This document shows positions 50,422 through 63,205 of a DNA stretch of 64,000 bases, piece by piece. The position numbers and the translations under genes were made by a program. Under the pieces are notes generated by a model. That model was not told the origin of the DNA. It saw only the letters and a list, made by a program, of their open reading frames with translations, and searched no databases. Source of the DNA: Camelus dromedarius (taxonomy: Eukaryota); contig NC_087438.1 of the NCBI RefSeq assembly GCF_036321535.1, positions 10,976,001 through 11,040,000 of the forward strand. The letters run 5' to 3'. Every line of letters starts with the position of its first letter. The first letter of the stretch is position 1.

Positions 50422-52307
50422 ACTATTTCTAGAAAAACCACTCACCCTACAAACAATGAATGATGAATCAATACTCGGTCTAAAGGAAAGCTGGCATTAG
50501 TTGACTTCCATAACACAGCCATGGAAAAAGTAAGTGATGGAATTCTGACCTGGTAGGCATGAGACTGAGGCAGGGTGTCAATCCACCATTCCATGGACTA
50601 TTGGAAAGAATAGGAGTGAAATAGCTGATTAAGGAAACATTTCTCATTGACTCCACACCACGAATTTTAGCAGGAGTTTGTAAAGTGAGGGCCTGACAGC
50701 CTCTATAGGAAAAGCATTAACAGACACTGAATGCCCTTGAGTTGGCCCTGCTCTGATGGGCATTTGACAACTTCTAGACTCTGGGACTTTTTACTGCTTT
50801 CTCTTGTTTGCCTGTAGCCCAATTTACTTGGTCACAACATGTCTAAGTGACAAATAAGGGGAGGCTTTCACTGGGAAACACAAAAATTAAAGGACTTGGA
50901 AATTCAAATTATCATGCAACGTGGAGCTATTCCTCAATTCTTGAGAGATCTAGCTAAAGGCCTTCTGTCCTCTGACCCCAAGGAGTCAACTGCTCTTGGA
51001 AGTGGGAAACCTGTTACTGTGGCTCATGGTTGCTGTTTCCATTTAAAGGGCTCTGACTGGGATGGCAGGGATCCAGAAATTTCCATTGATTAAATGATGC
51101 AGAGTGACACAGAAAACAAAAAAAAGTGAAACCTTTGATAAAAATAATTGCTTCTTCTATGTCATCCTGTCCTCTTAATTTTGCAATTCCCTAGCTCTTG
51201 CAAAAATAGAGTAGCTGAGAGAGATAAGTAGGCTGGTGACGCTTACTGTACAGAGATTCCAAATATTTGTTGCCATTGTGGTTTTCCACTAGGAAAAAAA
51301 AAGAGGGAAATGTGTCAATACCTTATTGTAGTAGAGGTTACACTTACAGCTGTTCCCAAGTTGGAATATGACAAACAGTTAATTGAATCAAAATATCCCC
51401 AGAACCATGTTTATGTTGGTTTAATGTATGATTAGCAGTCAATGGGCTTGAGCTCCTAACATTATTAACACTTTAAAAAACAACTGGACAGACTTTGAGG
51501 GATTAGCGGACTGGGCTGTATTATAAACAGAGGTTCGCTCGGATTGGGTATTTTGTGCTTCCTCAGACAACCGGTCCGATTTTCCCATGCCCTCGGCTGG
51601 GTCCTACTGAGCAAGGGCGCTGTCAGGGCTACTGTGTGGGACACTACCGGCAGCTGCCAAGTGCTCAGCAGTCATCAGAGCAAGTCAGAAGCGTACTCAT
51701 ACCTAAAAATAAACACCGAAGAACACAGACCAGATGAAAGCGGCATTAAGCTGAACAACGGCACAATAGCCGGTGGAATGTTTTCTCCGTGTTGGCGTAG
51801 GCTCATTTGGGGGTGGAGAAAGCTGAGACTAAAGAAGTCCAGAAAAAAGATGACCGAGTTGCTGTACGGCAATACGTGCTCTGTACCAGTTTGCTTCAAA
51901 TCTGTGATAGTCAGCTACTAATTCTACAGGGTCAGTGGCAAATGCGTCATTTGTCTTTCTTTGTCAGCCAATTCTTGGTGCTATCCCCAAATGCTAGCGC
52001 TGCAACGTCTTAGACTTCAGGTATCCAGTTAGTCTTCATCCCTTTTCTGTGTAGGACAGAGCAGTGTTTCACTTTCGAATCCATCATTTGCTCTTTTTCA
52101 TGTTCTTACTTCGATCCGTTATGTACAAAATTTCTTCCCTTTGGTATAACTTCTAGCTGTACCTCTATGTTGCCAAAAGTCAAATAAAAACTTCCTTGCT
52201 TGAGACATAGAATGCTAAATGAGGTAATTCATTAGCACTTTTTTCTACACAGCTAAAACAGAGATGAAATAGACTGAATTTTTACATTTAAAAATTGCTT
52301 TATTGTA

Positions 52308-52420
52308 CATTCGTTCACTCATTCAACAAACATTTATTGAGCACCTACTATACAGTATTCCCGTAAAACAGTGTACAACACTGACAACCGTCCTTACCAT
52401 CATAAAGCTTATATTCTGGT
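52308..52420 (-). mobile_element. L2 3' end
   Basis: 'cattcgttcactcattcaacaaacatttattgagcacctactat'. Confidence 0.8.
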
Positions 52421-52481
52421 AAATTTTGTTTCCTTAGCTTTCTCATAGGAAAACAATCAGTGTATCCAGCATTTTCTAGAA

Positions 52482-52545
52482 CAGGGGTCCCCAAACTTTT
52501 TCCTGTGAAGAGCCAGATGATAATTACATTAGATTTTGTGGGCTA
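52482..52545 (+). mobile_element. MER58 5' fragment (hAT-Charlie)
   Basis: 'ttctagaa' then 'caggggtccccaaactttttcctgtgaagagccagatgataattacattagattttgtgggc'. Confidence 0.7.
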
Positions 52546-52870
52546 TCTTTTTGACTCGCGCAGAGGTTGAGGAAGAAGTGGAACACAGAGGACCCTCCTC
52601 TCAACAGCTGCCCCTGAGAAGCAGCTGGCCAAAAAGGCAGACATTAATGACGCAAGAGTCCCACCACCCTATGAATTCATCCTACCTCCTCACACCCAGT
52701 TCTTTTTAATGTTGGTTAGTCCTCCCTACAAAAGACAATCCCTTGCTGCCTGACCTTTGAGATGTTTTGAGATTATATGGTATTGCAATAGCCCCCTCCC
52801 CGTATTGCAAACATTTTTTTTTTAATACAGTCCCTCCTTACCTAAATCCAAATTTGTTTTTTATTTGACA
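52546..52870 (+). mobile_element. ERV1-type LTR 3' part (MER34/MER39-like)
   Basis: 3' end 'attgcaatagcccc...aatacagtccctccttacctaaatccaaatttgttttttatttgaca' resembles MER34-family LTR termini. Confidence 0.55.
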
Positions 52871-55699
52871 GGTTGCTGGCTGAAAAAAAAAAAAAAGAGA
52901 GAGAGAGAGAGAGATTAGAAGACCTTTTTTTTCTCAGCTCACAGCTGCAACCTCCAGGTTTAACTGACATATCAGTGAGTTCTCTGACTCATGGAAGGAC
53001 GGAATCCACTCCAAAGAAACTGGGCCAAGCTGCAAGTAAGACATGAAAATATGCCAAAAGCTATCTTCCCTTCTGCTTTATAGACATTAATAAAGTGCTG
53101 TATTGAGTCTGGTGCAACCACACGTTTGTATATTATTATGATACTTGTTAAGCTGCAGCATAATTTGGAAACCAGTCATTTTGAGTTTCAAGAAAAAGTA
53201 ATTGAATATTTTAAGTGTAGACATGACAAGCTCTTTAAAAGCCAAAAATTGTTGCAGCTTCTCAAATTAGAAATTTTTTTTTAAAAAGCCATTGAAGAAT
53301 CCTACAGATTTTATTTTTATAAGATAAATGTAGATAACTATTGTGTAAAATAGACAACAAACCAAAGAACCACAAAACTCTTTGAAGTCCTCAATAATTT
53401 TTGAGTATAAAATGTTCTTGAGGTCAAAAAGTAAGAGAAAACCACAGCTGTGAATAAAACGTGGGTTGACTGTCCCCAGTCCTACTTGGTTGATTTTTTG
53501 ATAATGAGTCATAAGAAGTCGATCCCTGTCCAGGCTTCAGGAAGGGGCGTGCTGCCTTGGTTTGCATCCTTCTAACTCAGGATGCTGGTTGTCACCTGCC
53601 TGATTTGACCAAAGTTTGCTTGTTTCTTCCTTCCAATACACTATATTGACATTGTAGGTGTTTTGTCTTTTTTTTTTTTTAATTTAATTATTTCTTCCTT
53701 ATTGCTTTAGTCTTTCTCCCTTTAATTTTTGTCTTTATTCTTATTTCTTTTATGGCCTCCAAGCAAGCCTTTCTCCTCCCACCCCCGCCCCCACCCTCAG
53801 CAACACACCCGTCATGGAGTCTCAGCTGAAGCAGTTTCCTCCTGGGCGAGTTCAGTGGCAGCATCTTCCATACTGAACAACTCTGGCAGGTGCGGACCCA
53901 GCAGAATTCGCCCCAGGCTGTGACCTCAGCCTCTTCCTCTGGCAACAGTTGAGGACAGCTGGAGGCATCCAGGGTTATCTTCTGCAAGGTCACCTTCAGG
54001 TTTGTCTGCCACAATCTTTCTTGCAAATATGCCGGTGAGAACTTAAATGAAACTGAAAGCAAAGATGCAGTGGAGATGCCCAGGCCTCCCGTAGTGGGCA
54101 GCAGAGGTGATGATGAAGGAAGGGAAGCGCCAACAGAGTTCTCAGCGGACAACTGGCCTTTAAAAACATTTCCTCCAAACTCACCACCTGGCTGAAGAGT
54201 AACAGGCTGCCAAGGGTGTGTGGAATAGCCAGGCCAGGTGACTTGGCCCCATTTGGGTGAACCTTGTGTCACCCTCGCTGGTCCTTCCCTCTCCCCAGCT
54301 CTTCTCCAATTTCTCTTCCGTGTTGTGGGGGCCGGGAGATAGGTCTTTCCCCGGCATCCACTCCTGGGCAGAAGTCTCCCTGCCTCCTTCCCCTAAAGAG
54401 GAGATGCAGGAAGGGGAGGCAGGGGTCAGGGCTCCACCTGATGCTCCAGTTGAACAGAGTATCCTTCCGAAACTAACACATCGATTTATTAGCAAAAAGA
54501 GAGGGGAAAATCCATTCCCTCAGCCACGTTCCTCTTTACCCCGTTGTCAGTCAAGGCTGGATCCCTGAGGTTTCCCAGGAAGGGCGCTCCGGCTACAACC
54601 CTCAGATACAGTGTAGTGAGTTCCCTGTCAGTGCCTTGGCCAGGCCCGCCCTCTCGTCCCCTTATCCCCTTCGGGCCAACCACCAGAGGTGGGCTTCGCG
54701 GGCTTGAGGCCTGGGCAGCTGGGGGCTGGGAGCCGTGGTGTCTGCTCTGGGCTGACAGGGTGAGGTGGGGGTCACTGCCGCTCTTCCCTCCCCAGACCTT
54801 CCCTTCCACAAGCTTCTCAGAAACATTTGCTGCTTTCTCAATAGTAGGTGCCGTGTCTCCTGGAATCTCCCTCGCAGGCAGAAGGGTGCGGACCCAGGAT
54901 TGGGAGTCGGGAGGCGTTCTAGAGGATGGGCTCAGCTGTTCCCCTGGTGACAGGGACCCCACGGGAAGGCTTTGTCTGAGGCCCCTCCCTTTCCCCTCCC
55001 CCACACCCTTTCTCCTTCCCACTGCTTCGCCTTCCTCCGTCACCAGCACTAATCTGGGCACCAGTTAATTCTGCAGCGGCCGGGACAGCTTCCCACCCCC
55101 GACCCTGCTGTCTCACCTCTTGGCCTTGCCTTCTCTTTCTGACATTGTCGCCCCTCCACAGGATGGGCACATACGTGGCCAAGAGGCTCCAGCTGGCTCA
55201 CCTTTGTGGCCTTTTGGGAGTGGGCGGCTTCGGGTGCTTGGCTGGGGGCCGCCCAGCATCTTTTCATTTCCTTCTATACTGATTTTGTTGTTGTTTTTCC
55301 TTGAGAAACTGCTGGGGGGAGTCTTGCACAGAGGTGGTCCCCCTCACACCTGAGTTTTGCATGTTTTGGTGATGTGTTTCTTTTTTTATTTTATTACTAC
55401 ATTTTTTGGGTTTATGATGATCCCCCCAACTCCCTGCACCCCCATTATTTGTCTTCTCCACTCCCAGCCCTTGGGTCCCAGGAAGTGGTCCACCGGCTCT
55501 GGCTCAGATCCTCTCTCCCCTCCCTGCCCACCACCCACCCTAGGAAACAGCCACGTGCCCAAGAGGGAGGAGGGCTTGGCTGGGCTCCCACAGGGTGTGG
55601 GAGACGGGGAGGGGGTCCACTCCTCACCCCCAGCCTGCCGGCTCTTGCACTCCGTTTCTCCCCTGGACGAAACAGGTAAAAGGACGATGTTGGGTGGAG

Positions 55700-56900
55700 G
55701 AGCTTTCCGTTATGCTGGCTGGATTTTAGGGCTGCACGAGGATGCCTGGGAAAGCCAGTTACAGTCCAGGGGAAATGAGATGGCTTGAATTAGAATATCC
55801 AAGAAACAGTCAAGAGGGATCTTGGAATTAGAACCGACAGGACTTACTGGCTGTGGAGAGCAACAGAGCGGGAAGTATCCAGAGTAACTCCCAGGTATCC
55901 AGCTAAGGCCGCAGGGCAGGTGAGAGGGACCTGGACAGGCTCAGATTTAGGGGGGAAACCATCGTTCAGTTTAGGACGTGGTGACACTAGGACGATTGCA
56001 GATGCCAACTTATCATTTGGGCTTGTGACACTGCATGTTGGAGGAGAGGGCAGGGCTGAAGATCTGAAGATAAAATCGGGAAGCTTCAGCAAGTGAATAC
56101 TGAAGTCTGGGCAATGACGGAGGTCACCTAATCAGAGGAGGGGGAGAAAGAGTCTGGACAGACTCCTGAGAAACTCTGACATTTGAAGATAAGGAAAAGA
56201 ACACTCAGGCTGAGACAGATTGAGTGGAAGGGCAGGGAGAAAGTTACTTGGGCAGTTTCAACAGAGTGTGGCTGTCAAAGGGACAGAGCAGGGGCTGGAG
56301 GGATCGAAGGGTCAGTTGGAGAGTGATGCCTGGGACGGGGCGGGGACAGGGGGAGGGCGTGCATGAGAGGCTTGGCCTTTGAAGGCAGGAGAGGACCTCT
56401 CTTTGTTTTGCTAGGAGGAACAAAGAAGATTCTTCTAGATCAGGGGTCAGCAAACCTTATAAAGGGCCAGAGGGTAAATACTTCAAGCTTCCTGTGCCAG
56501 GTGGTCTCTTCAGGAACTTCTTGACACGCTGTTACAGCAGAGGGAGCCTCAGACAATCAGAGAACCAATGAGCGTGATCTGTTCCAAACAGACTTTATTT
56601 AGAACATTGACATTTGAATTTCACATAATTTTCACATGCCATGAAATATGATTCGCCTTTTTTCTTTTTTCAATTATTTTAAAATGTGAAAACCATTGTA
56701 AGCTGGTGGGTCACAGAAAACCAGGCCGTATTTGGTCACAGGCCATCATGTGCTGAGTCCTGGTCTAGATGCTGGAAAGGAAGGTGGAAATAGTTATTAA
56801 AAGTGGGGTGGTGCGTAGAGGTGGGGGGGGAGCAGGGAGTCCTGCTCACAGAACTCTGTTCTTTCAATGAAGTATGGAGGAAAGTCTTCAGCTGAAATAA
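55700..56900 (-). mobile_element. L2 fragment (interrupted by MER58B)
   Basis: 'cagtccaggggaaatgagatggcttgaatt', 'gttcagtttaggacgtggtgac', 'gagggcagggctgaagatctgaagataaaatcgggaagc'. Confidence 0.7.
56441..56762 (+). mobile_element. MER58B (hAT-Charlie), full length with 8-bp TSD
   Basis: 'caggggtcagcaaacc...aagggccaga...tttgaatttcacataattttcacatgccatgaaatat...gctgagtcctg', flanked by TTCTAGAT (56433-56440) and GTCTAGAT (56763-56770). Confidence 0.9.
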
Positions 56901-57684
56901 ATGAATTGCCCAAGGCAGAAATTTCTCGCGGAGGAGACTGGTTTACAGGAAAAACACAGCAGCATGTGGAGCAGAGTGGAAATCCAACAGAGGCGTAACG
57001 GTGTCGACCAAGGGGAGACTTCCCGGAGGCTCTGCATGGAAGCTGGGTCTAAAGAAGGATCAGAGATTGTTAATTCATTTAAAAAGGGGAACGGATATTA
57101 AAATATCGAAGAGACAAAGAAGCAGCGATGACATGCCACCACAGGCCCATTTTCAAGTGACAATAACCACATTCTGTAATTTCTGTTTTAAGCAAATTGC
57201 CTTTTAATGATACTAAAACAGAAACTGACTACAGTGTAAATGTCCAGACATCCCCAAACAGGCCAAGGGGCTGTAATGCACACACATCTGGTCAGCATCT
57301 GGAGTGCTCACAGGACAAAATTCATCAGATTTTCTCTGCATGCTAAACTTGGATGTAGCCAGAGACATTCATGCTGATTTTGGGTTCGGGCAAATTTGGT
57401 CAATTTGGCAACAGGTTCTATAAGGTCTTAAGAGGAACTCTCATTTATAGTTTTTTGTGGCTCCTTGTGTAAACTCTTGGGGTATGATCCTACCTTAAAA
57501 TAAGTTCAGCCTGCATTCTTTCCAAAGTGGTGCAAAAAAAGTAAGTCCAACTTTGAATGAGTTGAGTTCAAAGTTCAGAGAGTGATTCACAAGATAGTTT
57601 TTTTTCTTTAAAAAATTTTTTAAAATTTTTATTGTGATAAAATACACATAATATAAAATTTATCATCTTAACCTTCCTTCTTTT

Positions 57685-57965
57685 AAGCCTTTATTTTTTT
57701 AAGAGCAACTTTAGATCCACAACAAAACTTAAGATGGTACAGAGATTTCCCATTTACCCTCTGCCCTGACAACAGGCTTAGCCTCCCCCATCATCAACAT
57801 CCCCCACCAGACATTTGGTGCAACTGACAAACCTGCTTCGACACGTCATAATCACCCAAAGTCCATAGTTTCTATCACAGTTCAGCCTTGGTCTTGTACA
57901 TTCTATGGGTTTGGATAAATGTGTGACCACATATAGTCACCAATATAGTATCATACAGAGTATTT
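57685..57965 (-). mobile_element. L1MC/MD-type 3' end
   Basis: 'gtacagagatttcccatttacc...cataatcacccaaagtccatagttt...tgtacattctatgggtttggataaatgt'. Confidence 0.8.
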
Positions 57966-58275
57966 AAAAATATTTTATTTAACCCGATATATCTGAAATA
58001 TTGTCAGTGTAACATGTAATTAATATAAAAGTATTTTACATTTTTTTTGTCCTATGTCTTTAAAATCTCATGGGTACTTGACACTTACAGTCCATCAAAC
58101 TGGTCACTCAATTTCAATTGGAAATACTTGATTGGTATTTAGGTAAAAATTTTAGGTGAAAAAGATTCACATAAGTTGTTTCAAATACACTTAAAACAAT
58201 ACACAAACACACTTAAAAGTTTTCTAGCAGCTGAATTGAATATCAGTTTTTAAATGAAAATGAAAAAAATTGCAA
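57966..58275. mobile_element. hAT-Charlie (MER33/Charlie1-like) fragment
   Basis: 'atattttatttaacccgatatatctgaaatattgtca...aacatgtaattaatataaaa...gtacttgacacttacag'. Confidence 0.7.
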
Positions 58276-58284
58276 AAAAATAAA

Positions 58285-58560
58285 AAAGAGGAAGATACAG
58301 AGATTTCCCATATCATCCCGCCCCTCACAAGCACAGCCTCCCCCCACATCCCATCCTAAAGTGGGATATTTGTTACAGTTAATGAACTTACACTGATACG
58401 TTACAGTCAGCCAAAGTCCGCAGTTTGCATTAGGGTTCACTCCTAGTGCTGTACATTCTGTTGGTTTAGATAAATGTCTTACAACATGTGCATCATTATA
58501 GTATCTTATAGAGTAATTTCACTGCCCTAAAAATCCTCTGTGCTGCATCCTTCCCTAGCC
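58285..58560 (-). mobile_element. Second L1MC/MD-type 3' end
   Basis: 'gatacagagatttcccatatc...ccaaagtccgcagtttgcattagggttcactcctagtgctgtacattctg...ttcactgccctaaaaatcctctgtgct'. Confidence 0.8.
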
Positions 58561-60207
58561 ATCCCTCCTTCCTCCCCTGGTTTTCATATTTACATTTCAC
58601 AATGTCTGTAAGCATTTTAGGTCTCATGATACCTTTTGGAAACAACATCCAATTGTGTTCATTTCATGTAAAAGAAATGCAATCTAAACACACCTTTAGG
58701 AGGAGATGAAGATTTTTCTTCTTGTATCTTTTCATGATATGCTTGTTTTACAGCTCGAAGAAAACCTGAATCATTTAGGGAGACAGCAGAGTTTAGAATT
58801 GTTTCTGCCATGTACCTAATATCAAAATAAATCCTGGCTTGTGTATTTTCCTTAGAGGAAGATCTGTTATTGTCTCATTTTTATAATGAACTGGTTTTCA
58901 GTCCTTTTTTTTTTTTTAAACAGATAAAGCTGCTAATAGCCTCAGGCTTTATAGAATTTCCACTGCAAAATGTCTACAATAAATCAGAGTGCACAGCCTC
59001 TGAGTGGCTGATGCTGGCAGGTTGGATGATGTGGGGTGGCAGGTCAGAGTTCCTGGGATTAGAAGGAAGTAGTAATTAGGAACCAGAGTGAGTCTCCACA
59101 CTTCCTCACTTTAGACCCCTTTTACCAACCATGTGAACAAAAGGGAGAGAAGATCTTTCACCTTTCTTTAAACTTTGTTTTAGCTATACTGAATATTAAA
59201 ACAAATTAAAATAAATAAAGGAAATTAAAATAAAGACACTGGATTTTCCATGAGTACAGATGATGAAACTGTATTCAAAGAGCTCTGTTGACTCTCCCCA
59301 GGCGTCCTCAGAAGACTGGGGGTCACATGGGATGAAAATGGGAATTCTTTATATCCTAAACTGGTCTCAGACCCCCAGACAGATGGCTTCTCAGTGAGAA
59401 AACCCAACAGGATTTTGACAAATGTCTTTATTTTACATCTTCTGAACGCTGCAGTGTTAGAATAGCTTTTGTGCTCATTTTTATTTCTGGCAAAGAGAAA
59501 CTGGTTTGGCCAAAGAGTTATTTTGGAGGGCACTGGCATCTTCTTAGGTATAGGATTTGCCTTTTAGCCCAAGCTAAATAAAGTCAGATAATTATGGTTT
59601 GGAGGTTCTCTTCCAGGAGACAAATCAATATTTTTTTAAAAGCAACATGTAGGCTCTAGTTATTAAAAGATTTGTTCAAGAACATTCATATTCCATAACC
59701 TCATGTCAGAAAAATTCAAGCAGTAAGACATCTAAAGAGTGGGGTTTTTTGCAGTTTTACTCTTTTCCTTGTTAGCACTTCATAAAAAGTGACAAACCAA
59801 ATATCCTTTGGCCTTCTTGTATTTACTTCAAACCCTGCCTTAACAGTGTTTTTTCCCTTTAGATGAGCTCTCATTTATATTTTCTACCTCTCTGAATTTA
59901 AGAGTATTTGAAACCTACTTTCCTGGTGAGATACATCGTTAGCCTTTAAAAATAAAGGAAGACTGAGTGATTTTTCAGATATTGTACATAAAGCCAAAGA
60001 ATCACAACACTTTCCGTACTTTTCTGCACATCACACGTGAATACTGAGGCTACAGGTTTTCTTGATTTGGCAACCTTAACACCAAGAAAACATTAATTTA
60101 CATTTTAAGGACCAATAAACTAAATTTGGCAGGAAATAAGGTTTTACTTTTATACAAAGTCCATTGGGAGCAAAGACATAGCTTAAAGCTATCTTGAAAA
60201 TAGCCTC

Positions 60208-60208
60208 T

Positions 60209-60262
<54 letters not shown>
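60208..60262. repeat. (TG)n microsatellite
   Basis: Directly visible; long perfect core. Confidence 0.97.
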
Positions 60263-60265
<3 letters not shown>

Positions 60266-62297
60266 AATGGCTGGGGTGTGAAGGGAGAGATGTACTTTAT
60301 ATTTACTTTACATTTCCAACACTTGCCATGCACTCCATCAAGAGTAAAATAAGTCATTCTTTCTAATTTAAAGGTAGAATAATCTGTTTCCCTGTATAAT
60401 TGGATGTTAACGGGATTTTTAGTGGTTTGGACCAAATGAAAAATACAATTAAACTTTTACTTGGACAGGGGAGATTTTTGTTTGTGATAGGAAAGAAGGC
60501 AAAGGAAAGTCATACTATTTTACTATTAATAAACCCATTAGAAAATGATAGAAGGATTATAACTTCCTCCAAACACAAGGACGGTAGCAATTCTTTGCTG
60601 TTCTCACGCAAGTCAAAGCCAACACTCATAGAGGCAACTTTGCATAAGGAGGTGAAATATTTTATACCAGAAGGAAACCACTTTGAGCGTTTCCATATTT
60701 TGTTGCTATAGGATGCTTTTTCTTTTTCTTTTTCTTTTTCTTTTCTTTTTTTTTTTTTTAAAGACTGTTTTTCTTGGTTGTTCAGCCAAACTTCCAACCA
60801 GGCACATTTAGCATCCATGCTGAAAAATGATTTTTTTTTTCCCCCAAAACTGAAAGGCTTGGCTGAGCTGGATATCCTGATTTTTGATAAGGCAGTCCCA
60901 ATGAGGATGGCCATGTTGTTTTTTGCAGATAATTTCTCACTTTCATGTTTCTTTTGGCAGCCCAAGGTCCAACCGGGCTGTTGCCTGCAACGCGCCGCAG
61001 GGGCTGTGAAGAAACACAGGCTTTGGCGTTCTTTGGGAGATTCCCTGGTGTTGGGAATTCTTTAGGCAACAATATTACAATCCTGACTTTTGAACTGTGC
61101 ATCTGGCAAAGGATTTTCCATTCTTTTCTCAAGCAGAGAAATCCAAGATAATGATAGAAACTCCAGGAACACCGGAGAGGAAATAAAAAATGATGATAGT
61201 GTTTTAACTTGAGGGCGCACTTCTGTATTTGAGCTTTAGTCTCCTGAAAGTGTATATAAAAAGATAGCCCCTCCATCTATTTTGTTTAAACCAAAGAATA
61301 AAAATAGTTTGTATTTACTATTGATATCGCTACTCTGAGAAATCATTCACTAGAAAAAGCAGAAATCATTATGTTAAATGTTGCCTAAATGAGAAAGATA
61401 TTACTTTAACATATTGACACATGATGTAGTTAGTGAATTTAACATTTATCAATAAAATAAATAAACGTTAAGTTCCATGAGAGGAAGCACTTAAACTATT
61501 TTATTCCTGTTGTAACCTTAGCGCATGAAACAGTATCTGATGCATGGAAAGCTTTCGATAAGTATTTTAGTATAGAAACAAACAAGTGAATATTGACATT
61601 GGCTTTGCATAAAAAGAAGAGATTCACAAACTTTTTTTTTATTATTATCTTAGTCTTATTATAACAATGACATTTAATTTGCTATTATCGCTGTATTTTA
61701 TTTAATAGATGGTCTTTCCTTTTTGCTCTTCTTTTCTTACCATTTTTCTGTTCTGCTTTGATGTTCTGTGGTGGTTTTTCCCCAGGCCGTGCCAATACTC
61801 ACAGTTAACAGGAATCTTTGACTTGCTTAAGCCAACTTCTGGGTTTTGGGGGGGCTTAATTTTTTTTTTTTTTTCTGTCTATTTTCTGATCAAGCAATGA
61901 CTTTTCTATTTAGGGGTTGCTCTTCGGAGACCTTTCAAATTTCTAAATTTGCCATCATGCTCATTTTAATCTGCTTTCTTAATTCTGATCATTTTATTTT
62001 CAACTTTTAAATAATTTTCCTTCAATTCTCACTAGCAGAAATAAATATCACTAATATCGAAGCTTGTTACTTCTGTTTTAGGACAAATGAGAGAATTTCT
62101 CCATAAGTAAAAAGCATACTCTTCCTTTTCTTTTTAATTCAATTAGTAATTTATTGTGATGTGAACATCTCAAATAATTCATGCTCTTTTCCACCTCTTT
62201 CTTTGTCCTAATTTGTAAATGCTTGCTTCAGCAAACGTACGTTTGTGATTATGATACTCTCATAAATCTCTTCTTATCCAGTATTTCTTTATATGAA

Positions 62298-62555
62298 AAA
62301 GCTTTACTGAGATACAATTTATATAAAATAAACTGAATTACTTAAACTGTACACTTGAGTTTGAAATACAGTCAAGATAACGAACACACCCATCACCCCT
62401 GAAAGTTTTCTGATGACCTTCTGCAGTCTCTTCATTGGGCCCCTTCCAACACCTTTAATCTTTTCCCCAGGTAACCACTGATCTGCTTTCTGTCACTATA
62501 GATTAGTTTGCACTTACTAGAATTTTATGTAAATGGAATAACAGTGCCTGTACTG
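62298..62555 (-). mobile_element. L1MB-type 3' end
   Basis: 'gctttactgagatacaattt...ccccaggtaaccactgatctgctttctgtcactatagattagtttgcac...tagaattttatgtaaatggaat'. Confidence 0.85.
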
Positions 62556-62679
62556 TCAATAGAAAATCTTAAAGTACCTCTTAGTCCAGGCTCACAAACC
62601 AAAATTTATTGTCTTTCCTTTACATATGCGAGATTCCTAGTGTGTTTTCTGATCTGTTAATAAAACTCTTATTCAAGAC

Positions 62680-63205
62680 CAAAACTCTTCTATTCAAGAT
62701 CAAACCCGGAGGTGTCTCACTGTTCTTTTCCCTTTCATCTAGAAATCAGTGTCTGCAATGGCCAGCTCTACCTCTGAAATGTTACTTTCCTATCTCTACG
62801 TTTCTGCTACCACTTGCCCTCCCTCCTGCCCTCAGCATTAGTTCCCTGGATTAGGGCAATATTTTCACAATTGTTCTCTTCATCACCAATATTTCTTTCT
62901 CTCTACAATCTGTCAGCCGTCTTGCCACCACTTACTGAGGGATTTATTAGATCAAGACAGAAAAAGGAGTTTGTTTCATTTATCTTGGTGTCTTTCCATG
63001 CATCGTGTTGCTTTTGTCGTAGCCTCCATTGCAATTTATAATTTTTCATTCCTTTTATAATTACTTGATCTGTTTCTCTGACTGCATTGCCAGCTTGATG
63101 AAGTCATGAGTCATACCAATTTGTTATATCATTTTCTCTATCCCCCACGTGTACCACAGCATGAGTTACAGGGTAGGTGGTCTAGAAGTGTTTCTTGAAT
63201 AAATG
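62680..63205 (+). mobile_element. L2 3' region (probable)
   Basis: Pyrimidine-rich L2-like body ending 'gggtaggtggtctagaagtgtttcttgaataaatg'. Confidence 0.55.

Noticed and set aside
51675..51715. Minus-strand acceptor 'tttatttttag|' giving a possible terminal exon YEYASDLL*
   Set aside because: No matching protein recalled and no upstream coding exons found.
53688..54272. 194-aa minus-strand ORF (longest in the window)
   Set aside because: Alternative start codon, no recognisable domain, and the C-terminus runs into a low-complexity T-rich tract; long ORFs arise by chance in GC-rich DNA.
54489..55068. Overlapping 190-aa (-) and 174-aa (+) ORFs
   Set aside because: Pro/Gly/Ser-rich composition reflects GC content; no homology recognised.
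60510..61276. 151-aa and 164-aa minus-strand ORFs
   Set aside because: The 151-aa ORF crosses a poly-T tract (Lys run); neither shows a recognisable domain.
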